From positions 1-28,085 of the forward strand of contig WAKA01000213.1 of the NCBI GenBank assembly GCA_015523565.1: a stretch of 28,085 bases of DNA, written 5' to 3'. Each line of letters starts with the position of its first letter. The first letter of the stretch is position 1. Of the stretch, positions 8,061 through 17,316 are shown in pieces. A model generated the notes under the pieces. It had not been told where the DNA came from. It did not search any database and saw only the letters and a program-made list of their open reading frames with translations. A program made the translations under genes and the position numbers. Source of the DNA: Candidatus Heimdallarchaeota archaeon. GTDB lineage: Archaea; Asgardarchaeota; Heimdallarchaeia; Heimdallarchaeales; Kariarchaeaceae.

Positions 8061-10157
8061 TTAGCCAAGAATAGTTTTGAGTTCTGTTATGACTTTATCC
8101 TTCAACCCCGGTAAGAATTTGATGCTTCCGACAGAATCATAGCCACCACCAGAAATCATGGCATTTGGCAATGCGTTCTCAAGTTTTTCAAGAATGCTGT
8201 CAAAGTTCACCTTGTCACTGGAAATTCTCAAAATTAGATAATCAGTGCCAATTCCCACTGAAATTGCCTCATTGTTAATCTTGTCATGGTATGCAGTGAC
8301 AAGCCCGCCATGGGAAGGATATTCAAATCTTTGGGCAAACTTTTCAAGGTCTAACAAGTGGAGATCTCCAGAGCCTGTGGATACAATATCAGCATATTCA
8401 CTGATTACTTTAACTGCTTTTTCCATGGCACTGTTACCAACAGCGGCAAGTTCCTTAACTAATTCAAGACCTTTTTCCCGTCTTCTTCCTATTCCAATTA
8501 AGTCCCTGATGGTTTCCCCGCCATCGCTGAATCGTAATCCAAAGAGGACATATTCAATGGCAGAGGCAACGGTTTTCACATCATCAGGAGTCATTACTGC
8601 GTCTTCGTTGCTTTTGAGTTGTTCTGCATACATGTCATATTCTTTTCCGAAGGCACGTGTATGATTGGCTCCAATTAAGGGGAGATATTGGAAGTTGAAA
8701 TCATATTCCGCCAATACCATTCGTGAAATTTCATATGCAAGCATTGAAACAGAAATTTTTGTCTCATTGACTTTATTGTCTGTCCCGACAAGAGTGATTT
8801 TCCCATGAACCTCTGGATCGGAACCGAGATGAGTGACAGAAATAACTGGCAACCCATACATTTCAGCGAAAGAATAGGCAGGAAGTGATTCTTTACTAAA
8901 ACCGGCATTCAAAAGAACAACCAAGGGCATTCGGTCGCCTGGCACAGGACCATCAAGTACAAAAGATATGTCCCTCATTATGTCACTTGTTTCATACACA
9001 TTTCCTTTCAATGGGATTCGTTTAATGAAATGACGAAATTCGCTGGCTTTCTTGCCACGGGATCTTAAGAAGCCCCGTAATGCAAAATCCAACTCATAGG
9101 CCGCTACAGTGCTGTCAACACTTGCAGAATTGTATTTAAGAAGGACGTTTCTTCCAGTGATTACGGCCTCCCTTATCTGAGTTGCGGCTTCAATAATCTC
9201 GTCCCTGAATTTGGAAAGTGTTTCACTTTCAATTGAAAGCTCAAGGTCTTGTAGTTTCTTTTGCTTTCTGAGCACAACTTCTGCAAGTTGCCTATAAAGT
9301 TCCTGCCTTTTCTCGTAGGGAACAGGCTTGAATGAATGAATTGTGAATCTTTCGGCACCTTTGTATGTAGTCATCTCACCGATAACTTCAACAACGGCAC
9401 CCCTATCATATTTTGGATAGGCAGGTCTGCCACCAATCCCGAATGCAGTACCAACTATTGTTTCCCCTGAAGCATCCAACAAAGTAAAGAAAGAAGGCCC
9501 TCGCCTGAGTCTTTTAACATAAACGATCTGTCCTATGAATTTGCCTGTAACGTGATCAACACCTTTTTCCTTGAATTCGGCAATGCTTCTTTCTGGAACG
9601 TCCGCATGTACAACCTTGATTTTGAAGTTCTTTTGTCTAATTGGAATTACATAATACAGCCAATCTTTGTTTGGATCAACTTGTCTTTTGATTTGAACTG
9701 GCAAAATTTGACCTTGCTTGAAAATTCGAGCTTGACCTGTCTTGAATTTGCCTTTAAGTCCAGCCCCCAAGTCCACAAAAACAGTGTCTTTTGAAACCTT
9801 GGTGACAACCGCGGCAACAGCCCTTTTGCTGTTTAGGTACTCTTTGGCTATCGGTTTGATGAACCGAATGACGTAAGGTTCTTCTCGACACTCGTCACAC
9901 ACGTTATTGTCTTTCTCACTGATTTCTTTTCCACAAAAGTCACAGTAGTACAGATAGCCATTGTCACAGTCATCTGGACAAATCTCTTTTTCTACAAATT
10001 TTCCTGCGCCGTTGCATTCAGGGCACCGATCATTGGTTTCATTTGCGGAACCGGTTCCCTTTGTCATTTTTGTTGTGCCAAGTCCACCACATTTCTCGCA
10101 AACAGTCACATGTTCTATATAGCCTTTACCATCACAAGTTAAGCATCTTCTTCGCAT
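8061..10157 (-). CDS. Archaeal RecJ-like protein (COG1107/HAN type: DnaJ-type Zn fingers, S1, OB fold, DHH/DHHA1) with degenerate catalytic motifs
   Basis: CLTCDGKG, CEKCGGLG, CPECNGAG, CDFC and CDEC zinc motifs; S1 VFVDLG; OB fold GPSFFTLLD...AF..GGRPAYP; FEYPSHGG; GGGYDSVGSIKF at the C-terminus. Confidence 0.88.
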   Translation of the reverse strand: MRRRCLTCDGKGYIEHVTVCEKCGGLGTTKMTKGTGSANETNDRCPECNGAGKFVEKEICPDDCDNGYLYYCDFCGKEISEKDNNVCDECREEPYVIRFIKPIAKEYLNSKRAVAAVVTKVSKDTVFVDLGAGLKGKFKTGQARIFKQGQILPVQIKRQVDPNKDWLYYVIPIRQKNFKIKVVHADVPERSIAEFKEKGVDHVTGKFIGQIVYVKRLRRGPSFFTLLDASGETIVGTAFGIGGRPAYPKYDRGAVVEVIGEMTTYKGAERFTIHSFKPVPYEKRQELYRQLAEVVLRKQKKLQDLELSIESETLSKFRDEIIEAATQIREAVITGRNVLLKYNSASVDSTVAAYELDFALRGFLRSRGKKASEFRHFIKRIPLKGNVYETSDIMRDISFVLDGPVPGDRMPLVVLLNAGFSKESLPAYSFAEMYGLPVISVTHLGSDPEVHGKITLVGTDNKVNETKISVSMLAYEISRMVLAEYDFNFQYLPLIGANHTRAFGKEYDMYAEQLKSNEDAVMTPDDVKTVASAIEYVLFGLRFSDGGETIRDLIGIGRRREKGLELVKELAAVGNSAMEKAVKVISEYADIVSTGSGDLHLLDLEKFAQRFEYPSHGGLVTAYHDKINNEAISVGIGTDYLILRISSDKVNFDSILEKLENALPNAMISGGGYDSVGSIKFLPGLKDKVITELKTILG

Positions 10158-10419
10158 TTATACTTTCTCCTTAAAATTAAGTTAATTCTTTCGCTTTGCG
10201 GCGAGTGCTTGCTATCTTTCTTTTCAAATTTCATATTAAGAGTTTCACCATTATGAACGGCATAAAAAAAATTAATTTCTGAACTTTCATTACAAAAAAC
10301 ATTAATTTTAACGTAATGAGTAAGTAAATAATATAACATTATTCCCTTTTATTCCCAAAATCAAAAAAATGCAAATACTAAAATGAAATGCAATTGAGAA
10401 GTTCAAATGAAAAAGGGCA

Positions 10420-11481
10420 TTAATTTAATCTTTGACGAGGGTCTGTCAAAATGCTAAGCAGATCCAAGAAAGTGACCATCAACATGGTGATAAAAGAAAG
10501 AACCAATGATCCTGCCAATAAAACAGGAATATCCACCACTTTTGCAGATACGACCATCAGTTGTGCAAGTCCAGGATAATCAAATACGAACTCAACCATT
10601 GCAGTTGTAGTTAAAGAAGCAGGAATAGTGACTGCAATCGCATTGATTGCTTTTGGTATGATATTTGGAAAAATATGACGGACTATTACATCCTTAGGTT
10701 TCAAACCTTTTGCTTTAGCGGTTCTGACGTATAACATTCTTGATTCCTTGATAATTAAACCACGGATCAACCGAAAAACGAAAACAGAAGAAATGAGCCC
10801 AGCAACCGCGACAGGTATCCAAAATTTGTCAAGACCACTCATTTCATTGAAATTCATGCCTGATTTGAAGAAATATCCATAAAAATCTAGTTTTTCAATT
10901 TCATGGCGGTTTGAGGCGTCCCTCGTAAGAAGAGACACATTGGGATCCAAAGAGATACGCAATACATATATTGAAAAAAGGATAGAAGGAACAGAAAAAG
11001 AAATATTTGCAAAGACGCGTATCAGGAAATCCAATGTGCCATTGGGTTTAAGACCTGCAATAATCCCTAATGCAACCCCAACTATCGAGTAAAACACAAA
11101 AACCGATAAAAATAAAATCATCGTGTTAAATGTTCCCTTGGCTATGAGATCATCAATAGGTCTCCCGAATGTTGAGCCTTCCCACCCTACCCCAAATGTC
11201 CGGTTGCATGATGAGCTAAAAAACGATGAAACTTCACAATCACCTAAGATCAACCCTTTCCAAAAATTCCAAAATTGTTGAGTATAGGGTATCCCTGTTC
11301 CAAGAAGCCTTTGTTCATTTCTAATTTGAGTTTCCCTTACATCAGGCGGTGCAAGAAAATTATGGACTACAGCAGGGTCATAATTCATGAATGCATAAAT
11401 GGCGAAGAGGAGAATGGAAATGCCAAAAAGTTGGACAGCCATAAAGACAATCCGGAAAAACAAATAAGTTGATAACCTCAT
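10420..11481 (-). CDS. ABC transporter permease, DppB/OppB family
   Basis: YLFFRI N-terminus, PYTQQFWNFWKGLILGD, LGIIAG, SVPS, EAA loop YVRTAKAKGL...VIVRHIFPN, VEFVFDYPGL, DIPVL, DLLSILTDPR. Confidence 0.92.
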   Translation of the reverse strand: MRLSTYLFFRIVFMAVQLFGISILLFAIYAFMNYDPAVVHNFLAPPDVRETQIRNEQRLLGTGIPYTQQFWNFWKGLILGDCEVSSFFSSSCNRTFGVGWEGSTFGRPIDDLIAKGTFNTMILFLSVFVFYSIVGVALGIIAGLKPNGTLDFLIRVFANISFSVPSILFSIYVLRISLDPNVSLLTRDASNRHEIEKLDFYGYFFKSGMNFNEMSGLDKFWIPVAVAGLISSVFVFRLIRGLIIKESRMLYVRTAKAKGLKPKDVIVRHIFPNIIPKAINAIAVTIPASLTTTAMVEFVFDYPGLAQLMVVSAKVVDIPVLLAGSLVLSFITMLMVTFLDLLSILTDPRQRLN

Positions 11482-13127
11482 TTCAATACCTCCGAAGGAA
11501 CATCAAGTTTTCTTTTGGGACTGACAGGTCTTTCTGAGATAATTTCATCCACCAAATCAGAAAGGTCTGCACTTATTTCATCAGTCAGAACGGCAGGATT
11601 AATTTTCTTGATTCTGTCTGGTTGTAAGGTTCGGGCTGTTGGATCCAAGGCATCTTTTAGGGCATCAGTAAACAATGCAATACCAAAAATTGTTATGCCT
11701 ATCCAAAGTGTTGACCACAAAAGAAAATAATCAGTCAAGGTTTGTTTATAATATCCTGGATCCAAGCGCCTGCTTATGTCTGAACCCCAAATCAAATCCC
11801 CTTCAAGTCCGATTGCAATGGAAATGGAAACGGCAACAACAATATATTCTACAAAAAGAGACAAGAACATAATAAAAACAGGGGGGAGTAAATTTGGAAG
11901 AACATGTTTACGTAATATACGGAAATCAGATGACCCCAACACATATTGAACCTGCACAAATTCCTCTTCTTTGATGCTTATGACTTCTTGCCTGATTACC
12001 CTGAATGGAGAAGCCCAATAAAGTCCTGCCAACAAGACAAAAGCTTGGAAATAAAAAGCACCAGGAAGAGGATATTCAAAATGGACACCATTTATATCAA
12101 ATTGAAACAAGTCCCTTGGCAACGCAATTGCGAACATCCAAAGAGCAAAAGGTGGAATTAGCATGAGGGAATCTGAAAAGGATTGAAGAATTCGATCAAA
12201 AATACCACCATAGAAGCCAGAAATAGTACCTAAAAGACTTCCAACAGTAATGGGAATTAGAGCACCAACAATTGCAACAGTTATCGTGTAAAATGTTGAA
12301 TAGACTAACCTTGAGAAAATATCACGACCCACAAAATCTGTCCCAAACCAAAATTCACTGTCAGGGGGCCTGTCAATTGCCAGTTCACGGTAACGGTCGT
12401 CAAATGCAAAAGCATAGCTTGGATTTTTGAGAAAACCAGCTTCTGAAGTTGTAAATGAGTTGGGAGGGAAGACAATATGTGAAAATGCACCCCAAAGGTA
12501 AACAAAAAAGACAAGAACTAACAAGATCGTTCCAGTCAATCCACCAGGATCGGTTATAAGTTTTCGGAACAAGCTTTGTTTTTTCTTCTGAGTGAAAAAT
12601 CTGATCAAAGAATCATTGAATTCCAATGCAAAGATGGCAAATATTTCTTGAATTTTCTTCCCGTTTCTGAAATCTTTTGGATTGAGTCGTAGAAAATGAT
12701 CAAGAGAAAAAACATTGACAGTATAAAGTGTTCCTCTTAAAAATGGGATTATAGACGGTGATTCAATAATTTCAACAAGTTTGAGGGTTTCATAAGGGAT
12801 AACCTTCCATTTCCAAATCATTTTGCGATAAAATATTCCTGTGGAATTGATTTTTAGTTTACCAAATGGCATTCGGAGAAGTGAAAAACCACTTAAAAAG
12901 CAACCAATTCCAATCAGAAGGATTACAAGTCCCTCTTTAAAAAAAGCTTGGGCAAAAGATGGGCTTTGATAAAGAAATGCAACTATTTGAAATGAAATGT
13001 AGCTAATTAGGAGAAATATTATTGAAAATACTTTTTTTAGATACGCCATGAAGGTTGGGTTGAATACTTTTTCATCCGTATCTTCCAAGATAATGGAAAC
13101 AATTCCTTTTTTTTCCACATGTTCCAA
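11478..13127 (-). CDS. ABC transporter permease, DppC/OppC family, with extra N-terminal membrane + PH-like domain
   Basis: PPDSEFWFGTDFVGRDIFSRL, GTISGFYGG..DRIL, EEFV...VLGSSDFRILRKHVLPN, DALKDALDP. About 190 extra N-terminal residues. 4-nt overlap with the DppB-like gene. Confidence 0.9.
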   Translation of the reverse strand: MEHVEKKGIVSIILEDTDEKVFNPTFMAYLKKVFSIIFLLISYISFQIVAFLYQSPSFAQAFFKEGLVILLIGIGCFLSGFSLLRMPFGKLKINSTGIFYRKMIWKWKVIPYETLKLVEIIESPSIIPFLRGTLYTVNVFSLDHFLRLNPKDFRNGKKIQEIFAIFALEFNDSLIRFFTQKKKQSLFRKLITDPGGLTGTILLVLVFFVYLWGAFSHIVFPPNSFTTSEAGFLKNPSYAFAFDDRYRELAIDRPPDSEFWFGTDFVGRDIFSRLVYSTFYTITVAIVGALIPITVGSLLGTISGFYGGIFDRILQSFSDSLMLIPPFALWMFAIALPRDLFQFDINGVHFEYPLPGAFYFQAFVLLAGLYWASPFRVIRQEVISIKEEEFVQVQYVLGSSDFRILRKHVLPNLLPPVFIMFLSLFVEYIVVAVSISIAIGLEGDLIWGSDISRRLDPGYYKQTLTDYFLLWSTLWIGITIFGIALFTDALKDALDPTARTLQPDRIKKINPAVLTDEISADLSDLVDEIISERPVSPKRKLDVPSEVLK

Positions 13128-13174
13128 ATTATCAAGCCTTTTAAGTTATTGTGAAGGAGCCTCTAAACAATTGG

Positions 13175-14266
13175 TCATTCTTCCCTTAGGTCATGAACAA
13201 CTAATTTCAGATCAAGGCTTCCACACCAGTTTTTTATTTCTTCCATTGCTTTTTCAAGTGTTTTTGAAAATGCACCAGATGCTGCTGCATGACCACCACC
13301 ACCCAACTTTTTTGCAAGCTCGTGAAGTTGAATTTTTGAGTTGAGTTGTGGGGAAAGTCCTTTTGACCTTCTTAGGGAAATGCGAAATCCATCATGCCCT
13401 TGTGTTAAGGAGATAACAACCTTTGGACCACGGTTTTGTAGATATCGTCGAATAGAGAACACATCATACTGTTCATCTGAAAGAATTACAACAACACAAT
13501 CAGATGTCTTAAGTTCCTGTGCAATTTCATATGCCTTCTTTCTTTCTTTTCTTAATTCGTTTATTTGAGGGAGAAACCTTGTGATACCTTCGAGCCCTTT
13601 AGAAGCAAGAGAGTTTACAAGCTTGTTCCAATCCTTTAATGCATAACAACTTGCTACAGCATCATCCAAAAGATACGCACGTTGTTGGATTGTTTCATTG
13701 ACTTTTTTTAGGTCATCAAAAAAATAAAAGGGAACCTGTAAAATCCCTTCAAGGTTTTCAAGCTCATTATCAGGTGGGATCATTGTATAACTTGCCGTAT
13801 CTGTTATTCTGGTAAGTGTTGCAAGCTCAACAACATACTGGGGAAATTCTCCAAGAAAACCACTTAGAAGCAATTGATATGAACCTGAATCACCGTCTGC
13901 GTCAAAACGAACCTGCTTGGCATTTAATGGGTGACCGATTGAAGACACATGGTGATCAACCCAAAATTTTACTTGCCGTAAATTGAAAGGAGCAAGATCA
14001 ATAATCCCTTCAAAGGGCAATTGTTTCAAGATATGGCCAGCATCTTCATTGTTCAGGTACCAATAGTCTATGGGAATGATTTTTGCATAAGGTACTGCAT
14101 TCCGTACCATCGCAGCGGCAACAGCACCATCTGTACAATGACCATGGGTTGCAAAAAGTCGGTCGTCTGGTTCAATTGTTTCAAGGAGCCTGTCCAATTC
14201 CTCAAGGAATTTTCTACGTTTATCATCCTCAGGAAATGATGTAATTGTTTTCTCAAGCACAATCAT
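13175..14266 (-). CDS. DHH/DHHA1 family phosphoesterase (nanoRNase/oligoribonuclease-like)
   Basis: Intact motifs THGHCTDG, IIDL, WVDHH, RITDT, ISLRR and GGGGHAAASG. Confidence 0.88.
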   Translation of the reverse strand: MIVLEKTITSFPEDDKRRKFLEELDRLLETIEPDDRLFATHGHCTDGAVAAAMVRNAVPYAKIIPIDYWYLNNEDAGHILKQLPFEGIIDLAPFNLRQVKFWVDHHVSSIGHPLNAKQVRFDADGDSGSYQLLLSGFLGEFPQYVVELATLTRITDTASYTMIPPDNELENLEGILQVPFYFFDDLKKVNETIQQRAYLLDDAVASCYALKDWNKLVNSLASKGLEGITRFLPQINELRKERKKAYEIAQELKTSDCVVVILSDEQYDVFSIRRYLQNRGPKVVISLTQGHDGFRISLRRSKGLSPQLNSKIQLHELAKKLGGGGHAAASGAFSKTLEKAMEEIKNWCGSLDLKLVVHDLREE

Positions 14267-14363
14267 TTAACAAGAGTAAGGTATGAAAAACCCTTCACTC
14301 AGTGACGCAAGATGTTAAGCTACCACTGACTTTATCAAATAAGATAACAAATTCATCCTGTCC

Positions 14364-15248
14364 GTGACAACCATAATTCCTCTTGAAACGGGAAGACATC
14401 TTGCAGAACAACTCTCAAATGAAATTAAAGCAGACTTGGTCTTCCCCGAATTGAAAAGATTTCCAGATGGTGAATCGTACATTAGAATACCAGAAATTAA
14501 TGATGAAAATTATTTGATTGTACAGTCCTTATATCAACCACAGGAAACTCATCTGTTCAATATGCTTAATCTTGCTAGAACCCTTAAAAGAAAAGGAGCA
14601 ACACATATCAAGGCAATTGCCCCTTATTTGTGCTATGCAAGGGCGGACAGGGAAGTAATTGGAGGGGAGGCCATCAGTATTGAAACAGTATTCACGATTG
14701 CCAAAAGTGTAGGGATTGACGAACTCATAACAATCGATATTCATAACCCAGCAGTATCGGAATATTGTCCACATGGATTTAAATTGACAAATTTGCTCCC
14801 GACTAGATCAATGGCCAACTTTCTTTCAAAATATAAAGAAATAGACGAAGAATGGATTGTCCTTGCACCAGACAAAGGTGCAAAGTATCGCGCAAAAGCC
14901 CTCGCAGAGGAATTGGGGATTTCATTCAATTATTTTTTGAAAAAAAGAGATCCAAAAACAGGAGATGTGAGTCTAATAGGGGAAGCGGGACTGGCGCCAT
15001 TGAAAAAAAATGTGATATTGGTTGATGACATTATGGCAACAGGAAGGTCATTACTTCAAGTGATAAATCATTTATTGATGGAGGGAGTTCAAACAGTCAA
15101 TGTTCTTGTAACACATGCATTCGGTACAGATGCTGTCGATCAAATGATTGAAATGGGAAACGGACTCGTTGCCTCCACTATATCCGTACCATCACCAATT
15201 TCACGAATAGAAATACATGAGGATATTATCCGCTATCTCTGTGAATGA
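14364..15248 (+). CDS. prs: Ribose-phosphate pyrophosphokinase
   Basis: RFPDGESYIRI, PYLCYARADR, DIHN, APDKGA..RA and PRPP-binding LVDDIMATGRS. Confidence 0.95.
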   Translation: MTTIIPLETGRHLAEQLSNEIKADLVFPELKRFPDGESYIRIPEINDENYLIVQSLYQPQETHLFNMLNLARTLKRKGATHIKAIAPYLCYARADREVIGGEAISIETVFTIAKSVGIDELITIDIHNPAVSEYCPHGFKLTNLLPTRSMANFLSKYKEIDEEWIVLAPDKGAKYRAKALAEELGISFNYFLKKRDPKTGDVSLIGEAGLAPLKKNVILVDDIMATGRSLLQVINHLLMEGVQTVNVLVTHAFGTDAVDQMIEMGNGLVASTISVPSPISRIEIHEDIIRYLCE

Positions 15249-15273
15249 ATAGGATACTTTTTGTTGAGCAGGA

Positions 15274-16296
15274 TTGAGCAAGGGGTTGAGCTTGAAGAAT
15301 ACTTATTTGGCTGTGCTTTCGCAAGAAAACCTGCAACTATCACATATGGAAATTAATAGAATGTTTGAAGGAAGGATAATAGAAATCAGGAATCATTTGG
15401 CATTTATTTTTGGAACACAAAGGGAATTAATGAAAAAAGCCAAGAAAAGTGGGGCGATCAGGAAGCTCTTTGAAATTTTTCAAATTTGGGACAATACAAA
15501 TAATATAGAGGTGAAAATAAGGGCGGCTCTACAGGATAATGGAATTAACCCCGCTTCATTTGCTGTCCGAGTCTACAAGTTGGATCAAAAAATCTCATTT
15601 AGCTCCAGAATGTTGGAAGGAAAAATCGGGAAAGTTATCCGTGATTTGTTTCCGAATAGTACAGTCAATTTAGACCATCCTGAAATTCAATTCACATTGA
15701 TTTTTTGGAATAATTCATTGGCTTTTGGAAAATTCATTTTGGAAAACAAGGGAAAGGAATACAATTGGAAAGCACCAAAAAATCTCCCCCATTTCAGAGG
15801 TGGTGCATTAAAACCCATCATTGCGCGACAAATGTGCAACATTCTCAATCCAAAAGAGGGAGAGATTGTGGTAGACCCTTTCTGCGGCCATGGAGGGATG
15901 TTGCTTGAATTGGTCGACATCGGTTGCAAACCAATCGGAATTGAATTGGACGGAAGGGTAGTTCGACAAGCCCAAGAAAATTTGAAGTTCATAGGATATC
16001 AAGATCCAATTCACCTATTGATGGGGGATGCCTTTAATCTACCCCTTAGAAAGGGAAGTTTTAGGAAAATTGTAACTGATCCCCCCTATGCCATTCAAAC
16101 AACAACATCAGGAAAAAAACCCGGAACTTTGGTTTACGAATGGCTTGAAAAATTTCCATATAAAACGGAAATAGTCTTTGCATTGCCAAAAGAATTTCTG
16201 AAAGAACTTCCGAAACAATGGAAAACATTAATGGAAGGGGATAATTACGTGCATAAGAATTTAACAAGGAGAATCAGGTTGATAACGAATGAATGA
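15274..16296 (+). CDS. trm11: tRNA (guanine(10)-N2)-methyltransferase, THUMP + Rossmann MTase (Trm11/TrmG10 family)
   Basis: THUMP SFAVRV...EGKIG...VNLDHPE; SAM motif VDPFCGHGG; TDPPY; YVHKNLTRRI. True start may be a few codons downstream. Confidence 0.85.
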   Translation: MSKGLSLKNTYLAVLSQENLQLSHMEINRMFEGRIIEIRNHLAFIFGTQRELMKKAKKSGAIRKLFEIFQIWDNTNNIEVKIRAALQDNGINPASFAVRVYKLDQKISFSSRMLEGKIGKVIRDLFPNSTVNLDHPEIQFTLIFWNNSLAFGKFILENKGKEYNWKAPKNLPHFRGGALKPIIARQMCNILNPKEGEIVVDPFCGHGGMLLELVDIGCKPIGIELDGRVVRQAQENLKFIGYQDPIHLLMGDAFNLPLRKGSFRKIVTDPPYAIQTTTSGKKPGTLVYEWLEKFPYKTEIVFALPKEFLKELPKQWKTLMEGDNYVHKNLTRRIRLITNE

Positions 16297-17227
16297 CATT
16301 CAAATTACTTTTTTAGGAACAGGAGCGTCGATTCCACCACCAAATAGATTTCAATCATCAATCGCAATACGCCATAAAGGAGGACTGTTCATCTTTGACG
16401 TGGGTGAAGGTGCACAATACAATCTTAGAAAGTTTAAAGTACCTTTACGCAAAGAAATTACCATTGCCATTAGCCATGCACATGCAGATCATTATCAAGG
16501 GTTAGGTGGACTATTGGCATCATTTAATTTATTAGATAGAAAGGAAAAGGTGACAATTATTGGACCGCCAAAATTTGAAGAAATCCTGAAATTGCTCCTA
16601 ACTGCCCTTCAAGTTCAAGTTTCCTATCCTTTGGTTTTTGTGCCTATGAACCCTGGAGACACATTCAAAGGCAATGGATACAGCTTGACCGCAATAAAAG
16701 CCTTGCACTTCAACAATTCACTTTCATTTAGATGGCAAGAAGACCCTTATCCTGGAAAATGGGATACAACCCTTCTTGAAAAGTATAAGGTGCCCAACAA
16801 AGATCGAAAGCAACTAAAGCTGGGAAACTCAATAACTGTTGAAGATGGGACAGTAATCAGACCTGAGGACATAATTGGACCTGAGCGGGAGGGAAGATCC
16901 ATCGTATACTCTGGAGACACAAAGTATAACCCCTCCCTCATTAAATTTGCACATAAGTGTGATGTCCTTATACATGAGGCAACCTACCCTTCAGACGATA
17001 TAGAACAAGGACAAAAAAGGGAACATTCTACAGTACGGGAAGCCGCAATGGTGGGAAGACTTGCAAAAGCAGACATTACCCTTTTGACCCATATAGGTAC
17101 ACAAATCCTGAATTTCAAAAAAGAAAAAGAAATGCTGAAATCCATTACGAAAGCATTGTTTACTTTTGATGGATTTGTTTTCAAGATACCATATGAAAAG
17201 GTAGGGAAGAACTTGCAACCTCAATAA
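16289..17227 (+). CDS. rnz: Ribonuclease Z (tRNA 3' endonuclease)
   Basis: FLGTGASIP, FDVGEG, SHAHADH, exosite arm, YSGDT, LIHEAT, HST, LTHI. Overlaps the trm11 stop. Confidence 0.95.
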   Translation: MNDIQITFLGTGASIPPPNRFQSSIAIRHKGGLFIFDVGEGAQYNLRKFKVPLRKEITIAISHAHADHYQGLGGLLASFNLLDRKEKVTIIGPPKFEEILKLLLTALQVQVSYPLVFVPMNPGDTFKGNGYSLTAIKALHFNNSLSFRWQEDPYPGKWDTTLLEKYKVPNKDRKQLKLGNSITVEDGTVIRPEDIIGPEREGRSIVYSGDTKYNPSLIKFAHKCDVLIHEATYPSDDIEQGQKREHSTVREAAMVGRLAKADITLLTHIGTQILNFKKEKEMLKSITKALFTFDGFVFKIPYEKVGKNLQPQ

Positions 17228-17316
17228 ATTTACTTTTATAACAGGAAAGCCCATATCAATTCACAATTAATTCATTTTTAGTTCACTTTTAATATACCCC
17301 CGTTGCATTTATATCC

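Noticed and set aside
10139-10339. 66-aa ORF in the AT-rich gap upstream of the RecJ-like gene
   Set aside because: No motifs, low-complexity AT-rich composition, and it overlaps the real start; more likely promoter/terminator DNA.
17228-17316. Replication origin next to cdc6
   Set aside because: No recognisable ORB repeats or G-string, and the region is very short.
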